The notes below the pieces were generated by a model. That model saw only the letters and a list, made by a program, of their open reading frames with translations, made no database searches and had not been told where the DNA came from. A program made the position numbers and the translations under genes. From contig CALLLO010000107.1 of the NCBI GenBank assembly GCA_938082985.1, positions 1 to 33,532 of the forward strand: a DNA stretch of 33,532 bases, written 5' to 3'. Positions 25,817-33,532 of this stretch are shown here, piece after piece (position 1 is the first letter of the stretch; the number at the start of each line of letters is the position of its first letter). The DNA comes from an uncultured Candidatus Marinamargulisbacteria bacterium. GTDB lineage: Bacteria; Margulisbacteria; Marinamargulisbacteria; GCA-2716485; CALLLO01.

Positions 25817-26302
25817 TTAAAGCGTGATACTTATGAAAAGAACGACTATGACGGGGATGGCTATAGGAAGAAAGTAGAGCAAGAGCGCTTTTTTTAGGCT
25901 CGTTGCATATTGGTTTTTGAGGACCCAAAGTTGGAAGGTAACAATTAATATTGTGAGAGGGAGTCGTGTAGGGAGTTGGAGTTGAGTGAGGGCAGGGAGG
26001 AGGCATAAAGGGCTAAGGCTTATGCAGAGCCAGAAGTAGAGGGGGTAGCTTTTTGGACTGAGTTTTAGTGCTTGGGCGAGGAAGTCTAGGATGACGGTTT
26101 GGGTGAAGAGAAGGATGCTTAGAAAGAGGAGGGTGACGATTGTCATAGGCCAAAGGAAGGCCGGGGATGCACTAAATAAAGAGGCTAGACTGAGGCTACT
26201 TAAAAGTAGAATGAAGAGGCCTGTTTTTATAGGCGTACTGTGGGAGTAGGTTTTGAAAAAAGATTTGGGGTTGGTGAATAAGGCAGTGAGTTGTTTGAGC
26301 AT
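25817..26302 (-). CDS. hypothetical polytopic membrane protein
   Basis: 161 aa, Leu/Ser/Pro-rich, with about 4-5 hydrophobic segments. Starts 2 nt after the sppA stop. Vague Yip1-like topology, but no family confidently recognised. Confidence 0.55.
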   Translation of the reverse strand: MLKQLTALFTNPKSFFKTYSHSTPIKTGLFILLLSSLSLASLFSASPAFLWPMTIVTLLFLSILLFTQTVILDFLAQALKLSPKSYPLYFWLCISLSPLCLLPALTQLQLPTRLPLTILIVTFQLWVLKNQYATSLKKALLLYFLPIAIPVIVVLFISITL

Positions 26303-26304
26303 GG

Positions 26305-27216
26305 CTATCTATACTCCAATGATAAGCTAGGATTTGCAGCATTTCTGAATGTGTTGGTGAGCTGGTCTTGCCAGAGTGACATAAAATCAGAGAGGCCTTG
26401 TTTGTTTTTGCGGATGATATGAGGTGCGTCGCCTAGTCTAGTTAGGCTTGCTGCTTTAGAAATGACGATGTCGAGACCGCCGAGATGGTCGATAAGTTGG
26501 CTGAGTTGAGCTTGTTCGCCTGTAAAAATTTGACCCGTGGCGAGTTGTTTTGTTTTCGCTAGATTGAGACCACGGTCAGCAGACATGTCTTTTACGAACT
26601 GTTCGTGGACGTTGAGAACGAGGCTGTCGAGCATGCGTTTTTCTCTTTCTGTGGAGGCTCGCCAAGGAGAGAGGATGTCTTTATGTTTACCACTTTTGTG
26701 GACGTTGTAGTGTATGCCGTAGGTTTTAGCTAGGTTTTCTATGTTGAGGCTGCCGAGGATAACTCCGATACTGCCGACTAGACTGCCCGGATTAGCGTAG
26801 ATTTCGTCTGCGGCCATAGCAGCGTAGTAACCACCAGACGCTCCGATGTCTCCAATGGAAGCGAGAATGGGAATGTCACGTTTTTCTTTGAGACTTTTTA
26901 TAGCATGGTGGAGTTCTTGAGATGCGCCGACGGTTCCCCCTGGGCTGTTAATTCTTAGGATGACAGCTTTGACGGCGTTATCTTTTTGGATGTCGTTGAG
27001 TTGTTTGATTATGGCGCGAGTCCCAGAAGGGAAGAGGGATTGTGAGGGGGAGTTGAAGGCAATAGGGCCGAAGATGTCGACGATGGCGATTCCGGGTTTG
27101 GACGTTGAGGTGAATGAAAGAGGTTCGGATTCGGGTTGCGTTTGACTAAGCGAAAGGCCGATGCTGAGGCAAAAGAGGAAGATAAGACTGAGGGGAAGCC
27201 ATATTTTTTTAATCAT
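26305..27216 (-). CDS. sppA: signal peptide peptidase SppA, 36K type
   Basis: 303 aa. N-terminal TM/signal segment, INSPGGTVGASQEL, catalytic-Ser region GASGGYYAAMAADEIYANPGSLVGSIGV, and Lys region HKSGKHKD. Confidence 0.9.
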   Translation of the reverse strand: MIKKIWLPLSLIFLFCLSIGLSLSQTQPESEPLSFTSTSKPGIAIVDIFGPIAFNSPSQSLFPSGTRAIIKQLNDIQKDNAVKAVILRINSPGGTVGASQELHHAIKSLKEKRDIPILASIGDIGASGGYYAAMAADEIYANPGSLVGSIGVILGSLNIENLAKTYGIHYNVHKSGKHKDILSPWRASTEREKRMLDSLVLNVHEQFVKDMSADRGLNLAKTKQLATGQIFTGEQAQLSQLIDHLGGLDIVISKAASLTRLGDAPHIIRKNKQGLSDFMSLWQDQLTNTFRNAANPSLSLEYR

Positions 27217-27258
27217 AGAGATACTTTAAATGAAATTGCCGAGCATAGGCAAGTAGTA

Positions 27259-28581
27259 TTACTCAGACATATCGAGTTCGCGGAGTGCTGCAGTAAAGGG
27301 GTTTTCGAGTAAATTTTTATTGACTTCTACAAGAGCTAGGATTATGGAGACGAGAGGGACTGTGCGAAGGGCTCGTGTAGCGGCGGCGGTTATCAGTGTT
27401 TTAGGTTTTTTTAAAATTTCTTTGATAATTCTCGGGATATTTTCGGGAATGCGGTTGCGTGTATCATCATTGATTTTACCGACAACTTGGTTAAAAGGTG
27501 ACGATAGAGTAGAGGAGATGATTGCGATAATGGCTGAGTCTATTATTATTTTGGGTAATAACTTCTTCCCATTTTCATTGTGTGAGGCTAGTTCAAATTT
27601 TGAAAAAATGGTATCCGTTTTGGGTGAAAGAATATCTATGCCATGAGTAAAAGCGACAGTAGATGCAATGTTTCTTAAGGTATATGCGAGCACTTGAGAG
27701 GTGCTTATAGGGCTTAGGCCAGGCGCTTTTAAAGGATTAAAACTTTCTTTAATTATATCTAGAAGGGGTCTGACTCGATTGGCTTGAATGTCAGCTTGAA
27801 CACGTATCGTTCGTTTTGTTTCCCAAAGCGAGGCTAGGACTATGGCTAGTCCCGTTATGCTGTTTGCAAGTGTCTCATTTTCTTGGTGTAGTTTAGACTC
27901 ATTGGCTACCGACGTAATGGCTTTAATGCCTATATATTGAAGGATAGTTGGAAAGATAGAGTTTTCTACTCCCGCATAGGGCGCTTTTGCTATAGCTCTA
28001 GCACTTATTATTAGTGGGGTATTTCCTGCTGTAGCGGCCGCGAGTTTATTGAGGGGATGAAGCAAAGTTAGGGTCGCGGTAGCTAAGCCTGCTAGACGGA
28101 TACTTTCAGCTGCTATTTCACCTACTTTTAGGGCAGTTTTGTTTGTTGAGAGTTGGTGTAAGGACTCTTTGAATGTGTCTATGTTTTCTTGTGAGAGTGT
28201 AAAAATGTTGTCGAAAGGGTCATTACTGTATTTTAGATTTTCAATAATGGGGCCTAAGCTTTTTAATAATACGTCATATGTTTTTTCTGTGAAGTGAGAA
28301 GACTTTGGTTTGGACATACGTGGGGTCGAGAGCGTGCTTTGTGTCAGTCTATATGAGCTTGTTGTGGGGCTGTAGTCTTTGTATGGCGATGACTGTCTGC
28401 TAGGCGTTGAAAATAAGGGTGTTTGAAATGTGCTTGTATATATTTTTGGGATAGGGGAGATAGCTGCGCCGAGAGAGGGCTCTTTGCGAGGCGCTGTTGG
28501 GGGTGTGGGTACTATTATACTTTTTAGTTTAAAAACAGTGATGTTCGTTCCAAAAGATTTTATGGAGATAGATACTGTCAC
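27259..28581 (-). CDS. hypothetical protein with Ser/Thr/Pro-rich N-terminus and helical/hydrophobic body
   Basis: 440 aa. GTG start with AGGA 7 nt upstream. An internal ATG (MSKPKSSHF, aa 89) is possible. The first ~90 aa are S/T/P-rich with almost no acidic residues. The rest has several Ala/Leu/Ile-rich stretches. No family recognised. Confidence 0.55.
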   Translation of the reverse strand: MTVSISIKSFGTNITVFKLKSIIVPTPPTAPRKEPSLGAAISPIPKIYTSTFQTPLFSTPSRQSSPYKDYSPTTSSYRLTQSTLSTPRMSKPKSSHFTEKTYDVLLKSLGPIIENLKYSNDPFDNIFTLSQENIDTFKESLHQLSTNKTALKVGEIAAESIRLAGLATATLTLLHPLNKLAAATAGNTPLIISARAIAKAPYAGVENSIFPTILQYIGIKAITSVANESKLHQENETLANSITGLAIVLASLWETKRTIRVQADIQANRVRPLLDIIKESFNPLKAPGLSPISTSQVLAYTLRNIASTVAFTHGIDILSPKTDTIFSKFELASHNENGKKLLPKIIIDSAIIAIISSTLSSPFNQVVGKINDDTRNRIPENIPRIIKEILKKPKTLITAAATRALRTVPLVSIILALVEVNKNLLENPFTAALRELDMSE

Positions 28582-28697
28582 GCCTTATTCCTTTGATGTA
28601 TGAATTTTTATCTAGAAAAGATAATAGGAATTAATCATAACATAAGAGATTTACTTTCCAAAAAAATCCTTTTTTAAAGGTTAATTAGGTATGTGAT

Positions 28698-31600
28698 ATG
28701 ATGTGGTTTATGTCAAATTTTGTACATCTACATTGTCATTCTGAATACTCTCTTTTAGAGGGGGCCTTGCGACTTCCTCGTCTTATAAAAGAGGTAAAAG
28801 AGTTGGGCATGCCGGCGGTTGCAATTACCGATAACGGTACGATGTTTGGGACGATGGAATTTTATATGAAGGCGAAGGCGGCTGGCGTTAATCCTCTTAT
28901 TGGCTGCGATATGTTTTTGACGCCTAATATGCATGAAAAAGATCGGACGATGACGCGCTTAATTTTGTTGTGTAAGGATTTTTCTGGGTATCAAAATTTA
29001 ATTAAATTGGTGTCTAAGGCGCAGCTGGAAGGCTTTTATTATAAACCGCGTGTGGATTTGGCGTGTTTGGCTGAATTTTCTGAAGGACTCATTGCGATTT
29101 CTAGTGGTGGACGTGGCCCTGTGTCTTTTCATTTGGAGTCTCACGACGACGAACCGGCTAAAGAGGCGGCTACAGCACTTAAAAATATTTATGGGGATGA
29201 TTTTTATTTAGGGGTTCAACGTTTAGGTTTAGCCTTTGAAGATGTTGTTATTGACGGGTCTAAGCAGTTGGGTGAAGAGCTCGGGATTTCTTTGGTGGTG
29301 ACGAATGATGTTTATTATCACACGAGAGATACGGCGTATGTGAGAAACGTATTGTCGTGTATTCAAATGGGCCGAAAGTTAGAAGACGACCGTTTTCGTT
29401 TTGAGAGTGAAGAACAATATCTGAAGACCCCTGAGGAAATGACGGCGTTATTTTCTGACTTGCCGGAGGCGGTGGCGAACACCGTAAAAATCGCGAATAA
29501 ATGTTCGATTGAGATTGAGACAGGGCAGGTGCTATTACCAGATTTTGCTTGTCCGGACGGTTTGTCGAGTGAAGACTATTTAGAAAAACTGGTGTGGGAA
29601 GGCATAGATAAAAAATATGACGAGCGCACGCAAGAACTAAAAGATCGGGTCGCTTTTGAACTCGGCATTATTAACAAAATGTATTACGCGAATTACTTCT
29701 TAATTATTTTTGATTTTTTGGATTTTTGTGTACAAGAAGATATTCCAGTAGGACCTGGACGGGGGTCTGCGGCGGGCTCAATTGTAGCTTATGCCTTAAA
29801 TATTACAAAAATTGATCCCTTGAAATACAACCTACTTTTTGAACGGTTTTTAAATCCTGAACGTGTGTCTATGCCTGACGTGGATTTGGATTTTTGTATT
29901 AAGCGTCGTGGTGAAGTGATTGAGTATATTGTTCAAAAATATACGCCAGAGTGTGTCTCTCAAATCATCACCTTTGGGACTATGCAAGCGAGAGCTGTGG
30001 TACGAGATGTGGGGCGGGTGCTGAATGTTCCCCTCAGTGAAGTAGATAAAATAGCTAAGCTTATTCCAGCGACGCCTGGCAACTACACGTCCATTAAAGT
30101 GGCTATGGAAGAGGTTCCTGATTTAAAAGAGATGTATGAGACGGGGGAAGAGTTTAAGCAGTTATTAGATATTGGAATGGAGCTCGAAGGGCAGGCCAGG
30201 CATAGTTCGACTCATGCTGCTGGGGTTGTTATTTCGAGAGACCCACTCACTTCCGTTGTCCCTTTGATTTCTAATGACGGATTGGTGGCGACTCAATTTG
30301 CAATGGCGGATATTGAGACGATTGGCCTTCTGAAAATGGATATTTTGGGGCTGCGAAACTTAACAGTGTTAAAAGATGCCCTCGCTTTAATTAATCGTGA
30401 ACACGGCGTCGACATTGATTTGGACGGCTTGCCAGTAGACGACGAGCGGACATATGCCTTGTTGTGTACGGGAAAAACGGCAGGGGTGTTTCAGCTTGAG
30501 AGTCGTGGTATGCGGCAGCTTATTAAAGACCTAAAGCCTGAAGTTTTTGACGACATTATCGCTCTTTTGGCTTTGTATAGACCTGGCCCCTTGGGTTCGG
30601 GAATGGTTGGAGACTTTGTGTCGAATAAGTCGGGTGAGACACAAGTTAAATATGACTTGGAGGCCTTAGAACCTATCTTAAAAGATACCTATGGCATGAT
30701 TGTGTACCAGGAACAGGTTATGCAGATAGCGAGTGTCATCGGAGGTTTTTCGCTAGGGCAAGCTGACATGTTACGTCGAGCTATGGGTAAGAAGAAGAAG
30801 TCTGTTATGGACGAGATGAAAGAGACTTTTTTAATAGGTGCTGAAGAGAAAGGCTTTCCTGTAGATAAAGCGACGAAAGTTTTCGACCTGTGTTATAAAT
30901 TCGCGGAGTATGGATTTAACAAATCGCATAGTGCGGCTTACGCGTTAATTTCGTATCAGACGGCATATTTGAAAGCGAATTATCCTGTGGAATACATGGC
31001 CGCTTTGCTTTCTAGCGTGTTGTCTTCGAGTGAGAAGACGTCGTTGTATATGCAGGAATGTATGGACATGGGCATTGACGTTTTACCTCCGTCTGTTCAG
31101 GAATCTATGTCGGACTTTACGGTTGTGGACCACCCTAATCAGGAAGGAGACAAGGCTATTCGTTTTGGTATGGGGGCCATTAAAAACGTGGGGGAAGGAG
31201 CGATTGAGAGTATTATCGCGGAGAGAAAAGATGGGAAGTATACAGACTTTTCTGACCTGTGTATGAGAATTGATTTGAAGCAATCGAATAAGCGAGTGTT
31301 AGAGAGTTTGATTAAGGCGGGGGCGACGGATGCCTTGGGTGAACGCTCTCAACTTATGGGAATTTTTGCACGGGTTATGGAAAGAGCGGTTGTTTTGTCT
31401 AAAGAGAAAAGTAACGGACAGGTAGGGCTTTTTGGGGAAGGAATGGCCGGCTGCGGTTTGTCTATAGATGATTTGGTTAACGAAGGGTATGTTGGACTGA
31501 CGAATAAAGACAGATTGCGGATGGAAAAAGAGATGTTGGGGCTGTATATTTCAGGGCATCCTCTTGACGATTATGCGGATACCTTGGCCGAGATGTCTCA

Positions 31601-32111
31601 TGAGATTACGTCGATTTTGCCTGAAGAAGATGGGCTGGAAGTGACCCTGTGTGGTTTGTTAACAGAATGTCGTAAGTTTTTGACGAAGACGAACAGAGAG
31701 ATGTGTGCGGGGACTTTGGAAGATACGAAGGGGAGTTTGTCAGTGTTGTTGTTTCAGACTCCTAAGTTTGAGGCCTTGGCGCCGTCCTTTATAGACGACC
31801 ATATTGTGAGAGTGAAGGGGAAAGTTAAAGCGAACGGAGACGAGATAGCTATTGTGGTCTCCGATATTGTGGTTATCGACCAAACGAGTTTATTAAAGAA
31901 AGTGTTTATTGACGTAGAGCATATTAAAAACGCGACTATGCTCAAGCAGATTCGAGATATTACTCGGATATATAAGGGCCCACTTCCACTTTATTTTAAA
32001 CATGGTGAGGTTATGGTTTTGGCACATCAAAAATATTGGTTGAGTGAAGACCCGCGTTTGAGAATGGAGCTGGAAGGGCTTTTGGGTGCGGGGCGGATTT
32101 GGATGAATTGA
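28698..32111 (+). CDS. dnaE: DNA polymerase III alpha subunit
   Basis: 1137 aa. PHP domain FVHLHCHSEYSLLEGA, GPGRGSAAGSIVAYAL, PDVDLDFC, and FNKSHSAAYALISYQTAYLKANYP. Homology begins at the third ATG (28710, MSNFVHL), which may be the true start. Confidence 0.97.
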   Translation: MMWFMSNFVHLHCHSEYSLLEGALRLPRLIKEVKELGMPAVAITDNGTMFGTMEFYMKAKAAGVNPLIGCDMFLTPNMHEKDRTMTRLILLCKDFSGYQNLIKLVSKAQLEGFYYKPRVDLACLAEFSEGLIAISSGGRGPVSFHLESHDDEPAKEAATALKNIYGDDFYLGVQRLGLAFEDVVIDGSKQLGEELGISLVVTNDVYYHTRDTAYVRNVLSCIQMGRKLEDDRFRFESEEQYLKTPEEMTALFSDLPEAVANTVKIANKCSIEIETGQVLLPDFACPDGLSSEDYLEKLVWEGIDKKYDERTQELKDRVAFELGIINKMYYANYFLIIFDFLDFCVQEDIPVGPGRGSAAGSIVAYALNITKIDPLKYNLLFERFLNPERVSMPDVDLDFCIKRRGEVIEYIVQKYTPECVSQIITFGTMQARAVVRDVGRVLNVPLSEVDKIAKLIPATPGNYTSIKVAMEEVPDLKEMYETGEEFKQLLDIGMELEGQARHSSTHAAGVVISRDPLTSVVPLISNDGLVATQFAMADIETIGLLKMDILGLRNLTVLKDALALINREHGVDIDLDGLPVDDERTYALLCTGKTAGVFQLESRGMRQLIKDLKPEVFDDIIALLALYRPGPLGSGMVGDFVSNKSGETQVKYDLEALEPILKDTYGMIVYQEQVMQIASVIGGFSLGQADMLRRAMGKKKKSVMDEMKETFLIGAEEKGFPVDKATKVFDLCYKFAEYGFNKSHSAAYALISYQTAYLKANYPVEYMAALLSSVLSSSEKTSLYMQECMDMGIDVLPPSVQESMSDFTVVDHPNQEGDKAIRFGMGAIKNVGEGAIESIIAERKDGKYTDFSDLCMRIDLKQSNKRVLESLIKAGATDALGERSQLMGIFARVMERAVVLSKEKSNGQVGLFGEGMAGCGLSIDDLVNEGYVGLTNKDRLRMEKEMLGLYISGHPLDDYADTLAEMSHEITSILPEEDGLEVTLCGLLTECRKFLTKTNREMCAGTLEDTKGSLSVLLFQTPKFEALAPSFIDDHIVRVKGKVKANGDEIAIVVSDIVVIDQTSLLKKVFIDVEHIKNATMLKQIRDITRIYKGPLPLYFKHGEVMVLAHQKYWLSEDPRLRMELEGLLGAGRIWMN

Positions 32112-32142
32112 CGGGAGCTACACTTCGAATTAAAGTAGAGCC

Positions 32143-32421
32143 ATGTCTTTTATAAACGAACTCGATTCTATTATTGCTGAGAGGAAAGAAAATCCGTCTG
32201 ATTCCTCGTATACTACTACTTTGTTTGAGGGTGGAATCGACCGGATTTTGAGAAAAGTTGGAGAAGAGGCTGGCGAGTTTATTATCGCGACTAAAAATGA
32301 AGATAAAGTTGAAATGGCTAATGAAGCAGCGGATCTTTTGTATCATGTTCTCGTGACGTTGAGAGCGAGTGGCATGAGTGTTTCAGATGTTGAAGCGGTA
32401 CTGCGGGAGCGACATAAGTAG
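32143..32421 (+). CDS. hisE: phosphoribosyl-ATP pyrophosphohydrolase (HisE, MazG-like all-alpha NTP-PPase)
   Basis: 92 aa. LDSIIAERKENPSDSSYTTTLFEGGIDRILRKVGEEAGEFIIATKNEDKVEMANEAADLLYHVLVTL matches HisE end to end. Confidence 0.85.
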   Translation: MSFINELDSIIAERKENPSDSSYTTTLFEGGIDRILRKVGEEAGEFIIATKNEDKVEMANEAADLLYHVLVTLRASGMSVSDVEAVLRERHK

Positions 32422-32477
32422 AATGGGTGTTTGAGTAGTGTCATAAAGATTGTTTTCTTAAATGATAGACTAGTCTT

Positions 32478-33413
32478 ATGTCTAACCTTCCAGATTTGCC
32501 TTCAGATATTAATGCTCTGACACAGGCTATTCAGCTTACTTTAGATAGCGGTAAAAAACGTGCTTTACGGGCGATAGAAAACGAGAAAAAGAGGACGTAT
32601 TGGACAGTCGGTAAGCAGATAAAAACGCACTTACTCCAAAACGAGTCGCGTGCTGACTATGGAAAAATGCTTTTTAAGCAGTTGTCCCTATCTTTAGAGA
32701 TTCCGCAGACGACCTTGTATAAATGTGTGAGTTTTCATACCCAATACCCCAAGATTTCACAGACGTCTTCAAAATTGACTTGGTCACATGTTGTGACTTT
32801 ATTGAGTGTGGAGAGTAAGAAAGAACGGGATAAATATGAATCTAAAGTTATAGAAAATAAACTAAGTGTTAGAGAGCTTCATGCAGAGATTAAAGCGGAC
32901 AAGCCTGCGCTTTTGGTACCTACAAGCGTGTCCTCTCAGCTTCTATATACGCGCCAGAGTCCTTATGTCTACGGGGTTGTTACTATAAACGACAGACCCA
33001 TGCTCGATTTGGGGTTTAATATTCAAATAGAAAAGCCCCCTCAAAAAGTCACAGTAAGTGAGCGTACGCACTATGTTTATAAGGCAACTGTTCTCGAGGT
33101 TATAGATGGAGATACATTGTGGGTGCATATAGATTTGGGCTTTGGGCCTTGGACACGGCAAAAGGTGCGTTTCAGGGGGATAAATACAGCAGAAATAGAG
33201 TCGCCGGAGGGGATGCAGGCACAGGCTTTTGTAGAGACTATCTTGAAGCGGGTGCCTTTTGTCGTACTGCGTAGTTATTGGCGAGATAAGTTTTCACGTT
33301 ATCTCGTGGATGTGTTTTATTTGGAAAATGAGTCCGATTTTTTAAAAGTAGTGAAACAGGGGCGTTTTTTAAATCAAGAACTTTTGGATGAAGGGGTAGC
33401 GACTCTTTATTAA
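32478..33413 (+). CDS. two-domain protein: DUF1016/YhcG-type N-terminal domain fused to a staphylococcal-nuclease (SNase)-like domain
   Basis: 311 aa. The N-terminal half resembles the YhcG/DUF1016 N-domain: YWTVGKQI...ADYGKMLFKQLSLSL...LTWSHVVTLLSVESKKERDKYESKVIENKLSVRELHAEIK. The C-terminal ~115 aa match SNase landmarks: VLEVIDGDTLWV...VRFRGINTAEIESPEG...RDKFSRYLVDVFY...LNQELLDEGVA. Confidence 0.6.
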   Translation: MSNLPDLPSDINALTQAIQLTLDSGKKRALRAIENEKKRTYWTVGKQIKTHLLQNESRADYGKMLFKQLSLSLEIPQTTLYKCVSFHTQYPKISQTSSKLTWSHVVTLLSVESKKERDKYESKVIENKLSVRELHAEIKADKPALLVPTSVSSQLLYTRQSPYVYGVVTINDRPMLDLGFNIQIEKPPQKVTVSERTHYVYKATVLEVIDGDTLWVHIDLGFGPWTRQKVRFRGINTAEIESPEGMQAQAFVETILKRVPFVVLRSYWRDKFSRYLVDVFYLENESDFLKVVKQGRFLNQELLDEGVATLY

Positions 33414-33430
33414 TCTTTTACGTATCGGTC

Positions 33431-33532
33431 TTACGAGTCAGACAGTCGTTCTGGAGCATGTTCTGATAAAAATTCCTGAAATTTAGTTATTTTTTCAGGG
33501 ACAAAATGGGTGTAGGGGTGCGTGACGTAGAC
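33431..33532 (-). CDS. 3' end of an unidentified gene entering from the right edge
   Basis: The minus-strand frame is open from position 33532 and reads VYVTHPYTHFVPEKITKFQEFLSEHAPERLSDS, then TAA at 33433..33431. Too short to assign a family. Confidence 0.4.
   Translation of the reverse strand, partial: VYVTHPYTHFVPEKITKFQEFLSEHAPERLSDS

Noticed and set aside
1-33532. T-rich and slightly G-rich plus strand, considered as evidence that the whole window lies on one replichore with the plus strand leading.
   Set aside because: Spot counts of a few 60-nt lines were inconsistent for G versus C. The T excess within minus-strand genes is expected from purine-rich coding strands. This needs a computed cumulative GC/AT skew at third codon positions, which I cannot do here.
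1-33532. Mobile elements, CRISPR arrays, tRNA/rRNA genes and long direct or inverted repeats.
   Set aside because: No repeat-spacer periodicity, transposase- or integrase-like ORF, or cloverleaf-like segment was found. Every intergenic gap is about 205 bp or shorter, and the only recurring motif is the parS 16-mer.

Overview
This looks like an AT-rich bacterial chromosome segment (roughly 40% G+C by eye, not computed). It is densely packed with core housekeeping genes and many start/stop overlaps. I saw no rRNA, tRNA, CRISPR array, IS/transposase or integrase.

Two blocks that usually flank a replication origin are both present. One is parA-parB plus rsmG-mnmG at 1369..5594, with three parS-type 16-mers. 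The other is rpmH-rnpA-yidD-yidC-jag-mnmE at 19689..23062. dnaA and dnaN are not in the window.

Between and around these blocks lie:
- an outer-membrane-type protein
- an isolated fliH-fliI-fliJ type III export ATPase module
- lgt, trxB and a class A PBP
- tyrS-metG
- a tandem CDP-alcohol phosphatidyltransferase fusion
- aroC, a BolA-family gene, a SpoU/TrmH methyltransferase, ispF and sppA
- dnaE and a standalone hisE

I do not see a complete, clearly novel multi-gene system. The best second-look candidates are:
1. a single-domain KaiC-like ATPase abutting a CheY-type response regulator at the left edge
2. the orphan FliH/I/J module and its uncharacterised neighbour
3. the PgsA-PssA-type fusion, which has an A10 tract at its 5' end
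4. a two-gene operon of small, highly charged unknown proteins
5. a 440-aa protein with a Ser/Thr/Pro-rich N-terminus, divergent from dnaE
6. a chimera of a DUF1016/YhcG-type N-terminal domain with a staphylococcal-nuclease-like domain
7. a core-only 222-aa YidC

All family assignments come from reading motifs in the translations. No database search was run. Taxonomy is unresolved.
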